From Candidatus Omnitrophota bacterium (lineage in GTDB: Bacteria; Omnitrophota; Gorgyraeia; Gygaellales; Profunditerraquicolaceae): a DNA stretch of 49,952 bases. The stretch's first letter is position 1. Each line of letters opens with the position of its first letter. The notes below the pieces were generated by a model. The model was not told the origin of the DNA. It was given only the letters and a program-made list of their open reading frames with translations, and searched no databases. Below, piece by piece: positions 17,376 through 27,708 of this stretch. Both the position numbers and the translations under genes were made by a program. The DNA lies in the NCBI GenBank assembly GCA_041651675.1, contig JBAZIT010000001.1, positions 1 through 49,952 of the forward strand, written 5' to 3'.

Positions 17376-17404
17376 ATTTTATGCGGAATAACCGGGACTT
17401 ACAA
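17376..17404 (-). promoter_or_regulatory. putative feoA promoter
   Basis: Minus-sense TTGTAA-17 nt-TAAAAT, then a leader containing AAGGAAAGC before the ATG. Confidence 0.35.
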
Positions 17405-17416
17405 GAGATTATTTAC

Positions 17417-18754
17417 CTAATCTTTGGCGAGGTTCCCAAATCCGGCTGCGGATTGTATTCCCTTGGCGACTTCCGGGATAATGCCCTGCCTGGCATATAT
17501 CGGGTGTATTTTTTCCCTGATCAGGGGGAGTTTCGCGGCAAAGATAACTGCACCTATGATACAACATAATCCTCCCAATAGCAAAGTATTCGGAGCGCCT
17601 ATTGAGCTGGCCAGCCCTCCGGCCAATAAACTGCCGAAAGGCGCCATGCCCATAAAAGACATGGTATAAAAGCTCATTACCCTTCCGCGCTTATCTTCGT
17701 CGACAATCGTTTGCAAAAGCGTATTGCTCGCGGCCATCTGCACCATCATGCTAAAACCGCTGAATAATAATACTAACATGGAAACCCAGAGGACGCGGGA
17801 AAAAGAAAAAGCAATGATACTCAGGCCAAAAAGCCCGGCGGTTAAAGGAATGATCCTATCCAGGCCTAAGACAGTTTTTCTGGCGGCTAGATATATGGCT
17901 CCGGCTAACGCGCCCACTCCTCCCATGGCTACGAGAAAACCAAGGGTCTGCGCTCCTCCGCGGAAAATATCCCGGGCAAAAACCGGCATCAATACCTGAT
18001 AAGGCATGGCCATCGGGCTGACCAAGGCCAATAACAGCAGGATTATCTTGATCGGAGAAAAGTTGTAGGCATAGCTCAGGCCATCCTTTAACTCCAAAAG
18101 TATATGCCTGGGCTGCAGCCTGGCCGGCTTGAGGCTGACTTTCATCGCTGACAGGGATAAGATGGCCGGGATGTAGCTGGCCGCGTTAAAAAGAAAACAA
18201 GGCCCTTCGCCGACCGTGGCGATCAGTATGCCGGCCAGGCAAGGCCCGATCAGCCGCGCCGCATTGACCATGGAAGAATTCAGGGCAATGGCATTACCCA
18301 GGTCTTCCCTGCCCTCGATCATCTCTACTGTGAAGGCCTGGCGTATCGGCATATCAAAAGCATTAATAATTCCCAGCAGGCAGCTCAAAACTATGATCTG
18401 CCAGACCCGGATATTCCCGCTCAAGACAAGCAGGGATAAAATCAATGCCTGGGCCAGGGAAAGGGCTTGGGTCGCAACTAACATGTTCCTGCGGTTATGC
18501 CTATCCGCAAATACCCCGGCAAACGGTGAGATTAAAAAGATGGGAATTTGTCCGGCAAACCCGACTATCCCCAACATAAGAGGAGAATTAGTCAATCGAT
18601 AAGCCAGCCAGGCAACCGCTATCTGCTGCATCCAGGTTCCAATCAGGGAAACGCTTTGACCGACGAAAAACAGGCGGTAATTCCTGTGCCGGAACGCGCG
18701 TAATACAAGTTTAAGGTTGGTCAAAGTGTCGGGGTTATTTTTGACGGATTTCAT
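17417..18754 (-). CDS. MFS transporter (12 TM, EntS/MFS_3-like)
   Basis: 445 aa. It has 12 hydrophobic segments and a DRHNRR-type loop motif between TM2 and TM3. Confidence 0.85.
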   Translation of the reverse strand: MKSVKNNPDTLTNLKLVLRAFRHRNYRLFFVGQSVSLIGTWMQQIAVAWLAYRLTNSPLMLGIVGFAGQIPIFLISPFAGVFADRHNRRNMLVATQALSLAQALILSLLVLSGNIRVWQIIVLSCLLGIINAFDMPIRQAFTVEMIEGREDLGNAIALNSSMVNAARLIGPCLAGILIATVGEGPCFLFNAASYIPAILSLSAMKVSLKPARLQPRHILLELKDGLSYAYNFSPIKIILLLLALVSPMAMPYQVLMPVFARDIFRGGAQTLGFLVAMGGVGALAGAIYLAARKTVLGLDRIIPLTAGLFGLSIIAFSFSRVLWVSMLVLLFSGFSMMVQMAASNTLLQTIVDEDKRGRVMSFYTMSFMGMAPFGSLLAGGLASSIGAPNTLLLGGLCCIIGAVIFAAKLPLIREKIHPIYARQGIIPEVAKGIQSAAGFGNLAKD

Positions 18755-18762
18755 TTTAAGGT

Positions 18763-20730
18763 TTATTCGTATCTTAAGGCTTCGATCGGGTCAAGCTTGG
18801 CAGCTTTTTGAGCAGGCCAGAGCCCGAAAACTATTCCCACAGCCAGCGAAAAAACAGTAGCCAGTACCACTGAAGATAAAGAAACCTTAACCGACCATTT
18901 TGCAAAAATGGTTATTAAGGCTGCTGCTCCTCCGCCAAGCATAATACCAACTAATCCTCCGATAAGCGACATTAATACTGCCTCGATCAGGAATTGGACC
19001 ATAATATCTTTATTATTGGCGCCGATGGCCTTACGCAGACCGATCTCGCGGGTGCGCTCGGTAACCGAAACAAGCATAATATTCATAATGCCTATGCCGC
19101 CGACTAAAAGCGAAATAGCCGCGATCGCCCCCAATAATAAAGACATGGTCTGGGTAGTTGACGTAAGCGTCTTTTTGATATCGGACATATTGAAGATCTG
19201 AAATGAATCTTTTTGGTCATCGGTGATCAGACGGTGTTGTTTTATGATCAAATCACTTACCGCTTCCTGCGCCGCGTCGGTCAGATCAGCGCTCTTAGCT
19301 TCCACATAAATATGATCAATATATTCTTTGCCTAAAACCCGGTACATCGCGGTAGTCACCGGGATTACAACAGTATCATCCTGGTCGCGGAATCCTCCGG
19401 CGCCCTTAGCCGGTAAAATACCGATGACCTTGAAATTTATCAGGTTGATCTTGATGGTTTCGCCTATAGGATTATTCTCCCCGAAAAGTTCTTTCACTAC
19501 GGTAGTGCCAAGCAGGACCACTTTACTGCGCATTCTTACTTCTTCCTCAGTAAAAAACCTCCCCACTTCCGGAACAGCTGAACGCATTTCGGCATAATCT
19601 ACTCCCACGCCCTCTAACTGCGTATTCCAATTGGTATTGCCGTAAACCAGCTGGACTCTGGAGGATACTGAAGGAGTGGCCCTGCTGACCGAAGCGAGTT
19701 TTTTAACGGCCGCTATATCCTGAAATGTAAAACGGGTAGTTGTGGCCTCCATGGACACTCCGCCTGAACGCTGGGCTCCGTGCCTGACAATAAGCAGGTT
19801 GGAACCCAGGGAGGCCAGTTGTTTTTCAATGGATTCTTTAGCGCCCTGTCCGATAGCCAGCATAGCGATCACCGCGGCTACACCGATAAGTATCCCCAGG
19901 ATAGATAAAAACGCGCGCATCTTATGGGAGAGCATGGCCGAAACAGCCTGGCGCAGATAATCCAAAAACTCCATGCCCCCTTTTATTCCCTTGTTGGATT
20001 CGGTCAATATATTTTTTATCAGGTTCTCCGGGATAGCCAAGACAGGAGCTTTTGCCGGCTCCCCAACGGTTTCATCGGAAATGATTTCTCCGTCGCGCAT
20101 CTGGATGACTCTCCTGGCCTGGCCGGCGATCTCGGCCTCATGAGTAACCACAATTAAAGTCTTACCCATCTGGTTGAGTTTTTTCAATATGACCATTATC
20201 TCTTCCTTGCTCTTTGAATCAAGATTGCCTGTCGGCTCATCCGCAAATATTATCGGTGGGTTATTCACCAGGGATCTGGCAATCGCCACCCTTTGCTGCT
20301 GGCCTCCGGACATTTCATTCGGCCGGTGAGACATCCGGTCTTCTAAACCTACTTCCGTTATTTTTTCAACTGCCTGTTCTTTCATATGCCGTTTTCCCGC
20401 GTAGACAAGAGGAAGCTCAGCGTTTTCCAGGGCAGTCATTCTCGGCAGTAAATGAAACTGCTGAAAAACAAAGCCCACTAACTGATTCCTGACCAAAGCC
20501 AGTTCATGGTCGGTTAACCTGGTTACTTCTTCGCCTCCCAGAAAATATTCTCCGGAATCCGGCCTATCCAGCAGGCCCAAGACATGCATAAGGGTAGACT
20601 TGCCTGAACCCGAAGCACCCATAATCGCTACAAACTCTCCCGAAACGATCTTCAGGGACACTCCCCGCAAGGCTTCCACCTTAACCTCGCCCATCTGGTA
20701 AGTTTTAAATAAATTCCTGACTTCAATCAT
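18763..20730 (-). CDS. macB: MacB-type ABC transporter, fused ATPase and FtsX-like permease
   Basis: 655 aa. Walker [10 protein letters not shown], signature MSGGQQQR, then a large periplasmic domain and an FtsX 4-TM module. Confidence 0.9.
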   Translation of the reverse strand: MIEVRNLFKTYQMGEVKVEALRGVSLKIVSGEFVAIMGASGSGKSTLMHVLGLLDRPDSGEYFLGGEEVTRLTDHELALVRNQLVGFVFQQFHLLPRMTALENAELPLVYAGKRHMKEQAVEKITEVGLEDRMSHRPNEMSGGQQQRVAIARSLVNNPPIIFADEPTGNLDSKSKEEIMVILKKLNQMGKTLIVVTHEAEIAGQARRVIQMRDGEIISDETVGEPAKAPVLAIPENLIKNILTESNKGIKGGMEFLDYLRQAVSAMLSHKMRAFLSILGILIGVAAVIAMLAIGQGAKESIEKQLASLGSNLLIVRHGAQRSGGVSMEATTTRFTFQDIAAVKKLASVSRATPSVSSRVQLVYGNTNWNTQLEGVGVDYAEMRSAVPEVGRFFTEEEVRMRSKVVLLGTTVVKELFGENNPIGETIKINLINFKVIGILPAKGAGGFRDQDDTVVIPVTTAMYRVLGKEYIDHIYVEAKSADLTDAAQEAVSDLIIKQHRLITDDQKDSFQIFNMSDIKKTLTSTTQTMSLLLGAIAAISLLVGGIGIMNIMLVSVTERTREIGLRKAIGANNKDIMVQFLIEAVLMSLIGGLVGIMLGGGAAALITIFAKWSVKVSLSSVVLATVFSLAVGIVFGLWPAQKAAKLDPIEALRYE

Positions 20731-20735
20731 TGATA

Positions 20736-21710
20736 TTATTTTTTAGCTGCGCTGCTTCTCTTCATGCTGGGCATGAACGGATTACTGCCTGAACCGGCAG
20801 CAGGAAAAACATATTTCTTGGTTGTAACGATGACCGTATCACCGGCAGTTAAGCCGGAAATGATCTCATAATTTTTGTCGTCGGTGATGCCTATTACTAC
20901 TACCCGCTTAACCGGGTTATTGCTGCCGTTATTCTTCAGTAAAACATAGCTTTCATCTTTTTCCTTGCGCACTGCTTCTACCGGCAGGAGCAAAGCATTC
21001 TCCCTGCCTTCTACTTTAAAATCTATTGTCGCGTTCATCCCGGAACGGAAAAATTCCGGGGTTTCTTCAGGGACAAGGTCAACTTTATATATCGTAACAT
21101 TATTGACGGTCTCTGATTCATAATATATATGTTCAACAGCCGCCTTTATTTTTGTATCCAGGTACGCATCCAGAGTAATAAGCGCGCCCTGCCCGAGCTT
21201 GATCTTTCCGATATCGGTTTCATCAACCTGGGCCCGGACGATCAGGTGGTCGGACAAAACAATCACGGCGTCGCTGGTAGTGACGGTCTGGCCGGGTTGG
21301 GTTGTAGCAACAATAACTTCTCCGTTAATCGGAGATAAGAGCGCTATAGGTTTATAAACATCTTCCCAATACTTTAACACTTTCTCTCCCTGGCCTTCGG
21401 CAGCGTCAAGCAAGGCAGCGCGCTCAGTGGAACTCATCATGCCTAAAACCTGTCCATCTTTTACCTGCTCTCCCTCCTTTACGGCAATACTTTCTATACG
21501 GCCGTTGACCGGAGGTTTGACCTCCAGCCGGTTCTTGGGATAGACTGTCCCGGTTGTAGAAATATATGTCTGGATCGCGCCGATAGAAGGCTTGGCCTCC
21601 TTTATAATTTCACTGCTTTGGCCCTGGCCTTTGAACTTTACCGCAATCAACGCAGCAACCGCCAATAAGACCAGGGTCACGAAAATAATCTTTGATTTAT
21701 TTTTTCGCAT
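20736..21710 (-). CDS. MacA/HlyD-type periplasmic adaptor
   Basis: The start is taken at MRKNKSK (ATG 21708-21710). The longer tracked ORF would overlap the upstream TolC gene by 80 nt. The protein has a TM anchor plus lipoyl and beta-barrel adaptor domains. Confidence 0.8.
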   Translation of the reverse strand: MRKNKSKIIFVTLVLLAVAALIAVKFKGQGQSSEIIKEAKPSIGAIQTYISTTGTVYPKNRLEVKPPVNGRIESIAVKEGEQVKDGQVLGMMSSTERAALLDAAEGQGEKVLKYWEDVYKPIALLSPINGEVIVATTQPGQTVTTSDAVIVLSDHLIVRAQVDETDIGKIKLGQGALITLDAYLDTKIKAAVEHIYYESETVNNVTIYKVDLVPEETPEFFRSGMNATIDFKVEGRENALLLPVEAVRKEKDESYVLLKNNGSNNPVKRVVVIGITDDKNYEIISGLTAGDTVIVTTKKYVFPAAGSGSNPFMPSMKRSSAAKK

Positions 21711-23004
21711 ATTCCAACACCTCTCCTTTCGCCTGAATCCAGTTTGCTTCAGCCAGCAAGGCATTTGCCTGGGCATTCAGATAACTCGTTTTTGCGCTGA
21801 CCAGATTATCTTCAATAATCGTCCAGTTATCATAAGTAAGAAAACCGGTGGCGAACTCTACTTCGGCTATTTTAGAACGCTCGCTGGTAGCAATAAGGTT
21901 CTTATACTGGACGCCGACTGTCTCCAGGGCATCCTGCAGGGCTACCCAGGTATTCTCTAAGGCAACAACCAGGGTATCCTGCATACTTCTTTCATTTTCC
22001 TTAAGCTGATTTAAAAAAGCCTTGGCCTGGGATACCTGCGCGGTCCTTAACCCTCCTTCAAATATGGGCATCGAAAGCGTAAGACCGAGGTTCCACTGGT
22101 CGCCCTTGGGCAGCCACTTGGTCCCGTTCTTATTAGCTCCGGCAGACCCGGAAAGCGTAGGCGAAAAATTCGCGTAAGCAGACTTAAGGCTGAATTCCGC
22201 CGCATTTTTCTGGGCTACGAGCTGGAGCAGAGAAGGATGCTTTTTGGCTATAGCTTCCAGGTCCGGCTGGATCCTGGCGTCATCGCTGACCTGAAAATCC
22301 GCTTTGACGTTCATCGGGATAAAAGCTTTTCTGCCCATTTCTTTGGTTAATTGCCTCTGCGCCAGCAGAACATCTCTTTTGGCCTGCTCAAGCTGGAATA
22401 ATGCCTGGGCTAAATTTGCCTCCGCAGTCAGGAGCGCGCCCCGATGCACCAGGCCGGACATATAACGCAAGGTAATCAGTTCGTAATTTTCTTTTCTCTT
22501 CTTCACGATATCCTCGGTAACCTTGATCATCTCCTGGGCCGTTAATAAATTAACGAATGCGGTGCGTAAATTCAACCGGACTTGAGTGGATGTAAACCTG
22601 TAGTTCTGCTGGGAAGCCTGGATAGTTTCTGAAGCAGCCTTTACGTCCTGGATGGTTTTGGTGCCGTCAAATATCAACTGCGTCGCGTTTACCCCGTAAT
22701 TATAGGCATCAGCCGTAGTAGCGGGAGCGTTATCCGAAGCGCTCCTTCCGGTAGAAGCAGTCAGGCTGGCATCAACCTGAGGATAAAGGGTGCTGGCGGT
22801 AATTTTCTTAGCCGCCTCGGATTGTTTTACTTCTTCTACCGCCGCGATCAGGTCCGGATTGTTCTTCGCGGCCTCCTTAATACAATCCGGCCAGGAAAGT
22901 ATCTCCTCGCTGAATCCTAAACTATGGAAAAAAAGTAAAAAAAATAACGTCAGATAATAAACTTTTATACGGCTTAGCATAATGGCTTTAGTGAATTTAT
23001 CCAT
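21697..23004 (-). CDS. TolC family outer membrane factor
   Basis: 435 aa. Signal sequence plus two OEP repeats. Confidence 0.85.
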   Translation of the reverse strand: MDKFTKAIMLSRIKVYYLTLFFLLFFHSLGFSEEILSWPDCIKEAAKNNPDLIAAVEEVKQSEAAKKITASTLYPQVDASLTASTGRSASDNAPATTADAYNYGVNATQLIFDGTKTIQDVKAASETIQASQQNYRFTSTQVRLNLRTAFVNLLTAQEMIKVTEDIVKKRKENYELITLRYMSGLVHRGALLTAEANLAQALFQLEQAKRDVLLAQRQLTKEMGRKAFIPMNVKADFQVSDDARIQPDLEAIAKKHPSLLQLVAQKNAAEFSLKSAYANFSPTLSGSAGANKNGTKWLPKGDQWNLGLTLSMPIFEGGLRTAQVSQAKAFLNQLKENERSMQDTLVVALENTWVALQDALETVGVQYKNLIATSERSKIAEVEFATGFLTYDNWTIIEDNLVSAKTSYLNAQANALLAEANWIQAKGEVLEYAKK

Positions 23005-23024
23005 TCCTGTAATATAGATGCAGA

Positions 23025-24509
23025 TTACTTGTTCTTGGCAGCGTTAAGCACCAGAAGCATCTTTTCTTGAAAAACATCCCGGCTGTTCTGGCCAGGCGTA
23101 TCATCCAGGCTGCCTCCGCCTAAGACTGCATAAGCTTTCACTTCGTTAGCCAGCTTGGAAAATTGTATCAAAATAAGTTCTTTTTGCGCCCGATAAAGCG
23201 AACGCTGCGCATCCAGAACGCTTAGGTAGCTGTCAATCCCATTCGCATAGCGTATGCTTGAAAGCCGATAAACCTTCTGCGCGGAATCAACCATAGATTG
23301 CTGCACTGCTATTTGCTGATCCACTGTGCCTTGCACAGCCAAGACATCAGCCACCTCTTTAAAAGCTGTTTGAATAGCTTTTTCATACCGGGTGAGCGCG
23401 ATTTTCCGGGTTGCCTCGCTCACTCTATAGGCAGCCCAGGTACCGGGATCAAAAATAGGCATCACGATCTGAGGCGAGTAGATCCAGGTCCCTTTGCCGG
23501 GAGAGAATAAACCGGTAAAGGAACTGCTTGCCGAACCGATTGCGGTAGTCAGCGAAATACTGGGGAAAAAAGCAGCCCGGGCTGCCCCGATATTAGCATA
23601 AGCGCCTTTTAATTCGTGTTCGGCAGCCAGAATATCTGGCCGCTTAAGGAGCACAGTGGAAGATAGGCCGGGAAAAATATCTTTAAATGGAGTAACGCCT
23701 GCCAGGTCAATAGGCAAAAGTCCTTCCGGGACAGGAGAGCCGGCTAAAAGATCTAACGCGTTTTTATACTGGGCCAATCGTTGTGTATAAAGGATTAAGT
23801 CTCCTTTGGCTGTATCCACCTGGGTTTGAGCCCGCTGCAGATCTATTTCATTTACCAGCGCCACCCTGTGTTGACGCAGGACCAGATTGTAAACAGTTTC
23901 CTGTGTTTCCAGGGTGGAACGGGCCAAATTCAGAGCTGCCTCATCCGCGGCAATAGCCAAATACGCCCGGACCACCTCCGAGATAAGCGCGACCTGCACG
24001 CTGCGCCGGGCCTCCTCTGTCCTCAAATATTCTTCCAGTGCCTGCTTGGTCAAACTGCGGATACGGCCAAAAAGATCGATCTCCCAGGCAGTAATCCCCA
24101 GATCAGCGGTATATTGTTCCACCACCTTAGGATATCCCGCAGTCAAAAAATCCGAAGAATAGCGCTGTTTGGTTAAGCCTCCCTGCGCATCAAGAACCGG
24201 GAACAAGGCAGCCTGTTGAACGCCATATAAGGCCCGCGTTTTTTCCACGTTTAAAACAGCTAACCGCAGGTCCCGATTATTTTCAAGGGCCAGCTGGATG
24301 ATCTGCTGAAGCTTTGGGTCGGTAAAGAACTCCCGCCATTTGAGTTGCGGAGCATCTACAACATTGGCTGCCGGCTGCTCCTTCGGGTAAGCATTTCCTT
24401 TAGGCCACTGTTCAGGAACTGCCGGCCCCGGCCGGTTGTATTTCGGGGCCAGGGTGCAACCGCTTAAACAAACAATAATTCCTAAAATTAAAACGGGTAT
24501 TTGCTTCAT
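23025..24509 (-). CDS. RND efflux outer membrane factor lipoprotein, NodT/OprM family
   Basis: 494 aa. Lipobox LSGC plus OEP repeats. It lies directly downstream of the RND pump gene. Confidence 0.9.
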   Translation of the reverse strand: MKQIPVLILGIIVCLSGCTLAPKYNRPGPAVPEQWPKGNAYPKEQPAANVVDAPQLKWREFFTDPKLQQIIQLALENNRDLRLAVLNVEKTRALYGVQQAALFPVLDAQGGLTKQRYSSDFLTAGYPKVVEQYTADLGITAWEIDLFGRIRSLTKQALEEYLRTEEARRSVQVALISEVVRAYLAIAADEAALNLARSTLETQETVYNLVLRQHRVALVNEIDLQRAQTQVDTAKGDLILYTQRLAQYKNALDLLAGSPVPEGLLPIDLAGVTPFKDIFPGLSSTVLLKRPDILAAEHELKGAYANIGAARAAFFPSISLTTAIGSASSSFTGLFSPGKGTWIYSPQIVMPIFDPGTWAAYRVSEATRKIALTRYEKAIQTAFKEVADVLAVQGTVDQQIAVQQSMVDSAQKVYRLSSIRYANGIDSYLSVLDAQRSLYRAQKELILIQFSKLANEVKAYAVLGGGSLDDTPGQNSRDVFQEKMLLVLNAAKNK

Positions 24510-27500
24510 TTAATGTTTTTCCCCGGAATCAATAATATTCGGAGCAACAGTTACTGCCTGCGCCGGTGTCTGTTTCTTACGGCTGAAAAAACGGGTCACC
24601 AGGATAAAAAATAACGGGATGAAAATAAGATCAATGAAGGTAGCCGAAAGCATTCCGCCGACAACTGCCGTTCCAATGGCATTCTGGGCGCCTGCTCCTG
24701 CGCCGGTAGTTATGGCTAGCGGCAAGACACCGAAGAAAAAAGCCATAGAGGTCATGATAACCGGCCGGAAACGCGTTCTGACTGCTCCCAGAGTTGCCTC
24801 AACCAGTTTTTCTCCGTGTTCCAGGCGCTGCTGCGCGAACTGAATGATCAGGATGGCATTTTTAGTCGATAACCCTAAGGTAGTCAAGAACCCGATCTGG
24901 AAGTAAACGTCATTAGGCATACCACGTAAACTCGTTGCCAGCGTAGCTCCAAAAACACCCAGCGGCAGCATCAACAGATTAACAACCGGAATGCTCCAGC
25001 TTTCATATAACGCTGCTACGCATAAAAAAATGATCAAAATAGAAAAAGCGTAAAGCGGGCCTGTCTGCGCTCCGGCCTGGCGTTCCTGGTAAGAAAGCCC
25101 GGTCCAATCATACCCAAACTCCCGGGGAAGCTTGGCAGCAATCTGCTCCATAGCCTTCATTGCTTCTCCTGAGCTTTTTCCCTTAGCTGCCTCGCCAAGG
25201 ATGTTAATAGAAGGAAAAGCATTGTAACGTTCTAATTTCGGAGATCCGAAAATCCAGTGGCCGGAGGCAAAAGAAGAATAAGGAACCATCTTTCCCTGGG
25301 AGTTGCGCACATAAAGATTCTTCAGGTCTTCGGGCAGCATACGGTAAGGAGCATCAGCCTGGATGTCTACATGCTTGATCCGGCCGTCTTTAATAAAATC
25401 ATTCACATAGCTGCTGCCAAAAGCAGTAGAAATCGTACCCTGGATAGCAGCAATCGAAACACCCAGGCTCCCGGCCTTCTCCCAATCTATATCAATCTTA
25501 TATTGAGCCACATCTTCCAGGCCGTTTGCCCGCACGCGGGTTAAGCGCGGGTCATTATACGCCATTTCCAGAAGCTTATTCCGGGCTTCCATCAGTTTTT
25601 CGTGCCCTGCGCCGCCGCGATCCTGCAGTTGGAAATCAAAACCTTTAGCGCTGCCTAATTCAATGATTGCCGGGGGAGAAAAAACAAAAACCAGCGCTTC
25701 TTTATAGGACATAAACTCCTTCATGGCCCGGTCGGCTATCGCGTCTGCCTTTAACTCCGCCTTTTTGCGCAGATCCCAGTCCTTAAGCTTGATAAAAGCC
25801 AAACCGGTATTTTGCCCGCGGCCAGCCTGGTTCATCCCGGAAGCAGTTAAAATAGATTCGACTGCTTCTTTTTCATTATCTATAAAATATTGCCTGACCT
25901 TTTCCATTACCGCTTCCGACTGTTCCAGGGTAGAACCCGAAGGTAAATTGCCCATAATAATTAAAACTCCCTGGTCCTCATCCGGCAGATAACCCGTAGG
26001 CATCCGGATAAGCAAAAATAACATTGCCGCCACGATTATAAAATAGGAAAAGATATAACGCGCGCTCTTATTAAAAGAATGGCCCACCAAACGCACATAT
26101 AAGTCGCGGGCCCGGAAAAAATTCCGGTCAAACCAGCTAAAGAACGGCCGCAACAGCCAGATCCCTCCTTCGGCAGGCTGATGGCCTTTGGCTACCGGTT
26201 TCAGGAACGTCGCGCAGAGGACCGGAGTCAAGATTAAAGCTACAACTACCGAAAGGAGCATGGAAGCAATGATGGTGACGGAAAACTGGCGGTAAATAAT
26301 ACCGGTGGAACCTGCGAAAAACGCCATCGGGCCAAAGACCGCCGAGAGGACTAACCCGATACCGATCAGCGCTGGAGTGATCTGTTCCATGGATTTAGCA
26401 GCAGCCTCCCGCGGAGAGAGGCCTTCTTCCCGCATCAGGCGCTCTACGTTTTCGACTACGACAATCGCGTCATCTACGAGTAAACCGATAGCCAGGACCA
26501 TGGCGAACATCGTCAACATGTTAACGGAAAAACCAAAGAACCCCAGCGCGGCGAAAGTCCCCAATAAAACTACGGGCACGGCAATCGTCGGGATAAGTGT
26601 CGCCCGTATATTCCCCATAAATACATACATAACCAGAAAAACCAGCACGATTGCCGCAACCAGGGTCTTAACTACCTCTTTGATGGCTACCCGGGTAAAA
26701 GGCGTAGTATCATAGGGATAATTTACTTTCATCCCTTGAGGAAAATAACGGCTTAACTCTTTCATCTTCGCTTTGATTGCATCTACCGTATTCAGCGAAT
26801 TAGCCCCGGGTTCCTGGCGGATAGCCAGGGCTGCCGCTGGCTGGCCCTTATTGAAGTAAACCTTTATATCCGCCTGGTCGCTGCCTAATTCTGTGCGGCC
26901 CACATCTTTAATCCGGATGACCGAACCATCAGGATTGATGCGCACAGGGACATTGGAAAACTCCTCGGGAGTCTTAAGCAGGCTTTGCACTATAATGGAA
27001 GCATTCAAACGCTGGCCGCTTACTGCCGGAGCGCCTCCGAACTGGCCTCCGGAAACCTCAATATTGTAATTCTTTAACGCCTGGGCAACATCTTCCACGG
27101 TCAATCCGTAGCTGGTCAGCTTCTTGGGATCAAACCAGACACGCATAGCGTATTCGCTGCCCATACCCTCGGCTTCGCCGACTCCGGGCACGCGCGCCAG
27201 GACCGGCTGGATAACGCTGATCATATAATCGCGTAAATCAATTTCGTTCATGCTGCCGTCTTCGGAAACCAATCCCACAATTATAAGATAATTATGAGTA
27301 GACTTTTGCACTGAAACACCCCTACGTTGCACTGAATCCGGCAGGCGGGGCATAGCCAGTTGAAGCTTGTTTTGCACTTTAGACCAGGCAATATCCGGAT
27401 CAGTCCCCGGGGCAAAGGTCAATTCAATAGCTGACATACCGGAGGAATCGCTTGAGCTGGACATATAGAGCATCCTGTCCAGTCCGGTCATTTGCTGCTC

Positions 27501-27698
27501 AATGATCTGGGTTACGCTATTCTCCACAGTCTCTGCCGAAGCACCGGTATAAAGAGAGCTTATGCGGATTGACGGCGGAGCAATAGGCGGATATTGCGCG
27601 ACAGGCAGAGTATAAACAGCCAAACCACCTAAAACCATTATCATAATGGCAATTACCCAGGCAAAAACAGGGCGTTCAAGAAAGAATTTTGATAGCAT
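24510..27698 (-). CDS. RND multidrug efflux permease (AcrB/MexB-like, HAE1)
   Basis: 1062 aa with 12 TM segments and two large periplasmic loops. It carries conserved AIGLLVDDAIVVVEN. Confidence 0.95.
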   Translation of the reverse strand: MLSKFFLERPVFAWVIAIMIMVLGGLAVYTLPVAQYPPIAPPSIRISSLYTGASAETVENSVTQIIEQQMTGLDRMLYMSSSSDSSGMSAIELTFAPGTDPDIAWSKVQNKLQLAMPRLPDSVQRRGVSVQKSTHNYLIIVGLVSEDGSMNEIDLRDYMISVIQPVLARVPGVGEAEGMGSEYAMRVWFDPKKLTSYGLTVEDVAQALKNYNIEVSGGQFGGAPAVSGQRLNASIIVQSLLKTPEEFSNVPVRINPDGSVIRIKDVGRTELGSDQADIKVYFNKGQPAAALAIRQEPGANSLNTVDAIKAKMKELSRYFPQGMKVNYPYDTTPFTRVAIKEVVKTLVAAIVLVFLVMYVFMGNIRATLIPTIAVPVVLLGTFAALGFFGFSVNMLTMFAMVLAIGLLVDDAIVVVENVERLMREEGLSPREAAAKSMEQITPALIGIGLVLSAVFGPMAFFAGSTGIIYRQFSVTIIASMLLSVVVALILTPVLCATFLKPVAKGHQPAEGGIWLLRPFFSWFDRNFFRARDLYVRLVGHSFNKSARYIFSYFIIVAAMLFLLIRMPTGYLPDEDQGVLIIMGNLPSGSTLEQSEAVMEKVRQYFIDNEKEAVESILTASGMNQAGRGQNTGLAFIKLKDWDLRKKAELKADAIADRAMKEFMSYKEALVFVFSPPAIIELGSAKGFDFQLQDRGGAGHEKLMEARNKLLEMAYNDPRLTRVRANGLEDVAQYKIDIDWEKAGSLGVSIAAIQGTISTAFGSSYVNDFIKDGRIKHVDIQADAPYRMLPEDLKNLYVRNSQGKMVPYSSFASGHWIFGSPKLERYNAFPSINILGEAAKGKSSGEAMKAMEQIAAKLPREFGYDWTGLSYQERQAGAQTGPLYAFSILIIFLCVAALYESWSIPVVNLLMLPLGVFGATLATSLRGMPNDVYFQIGFLTTLGLSTKNAILIIQFAQQRLEHGEKLVEATLGAVRTRFRPVIMTSMAFFFGVLPLAITTGAGAGAQNAIGTAVVGGMLSATFIDLIFIPLFFILVTRFFSRKKQTPAQAVTVAPNIIDSGEKH

Positions 27699-27708
27699 AA
27701 AACCTCCG

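Noticed and set aside
17358-17416. Looked for a Fur box upstream of feoA.
   Set aside because: No convincing match to the GATAATGATAATCATTATC consensus was found, only generic A/T-rich sequence.
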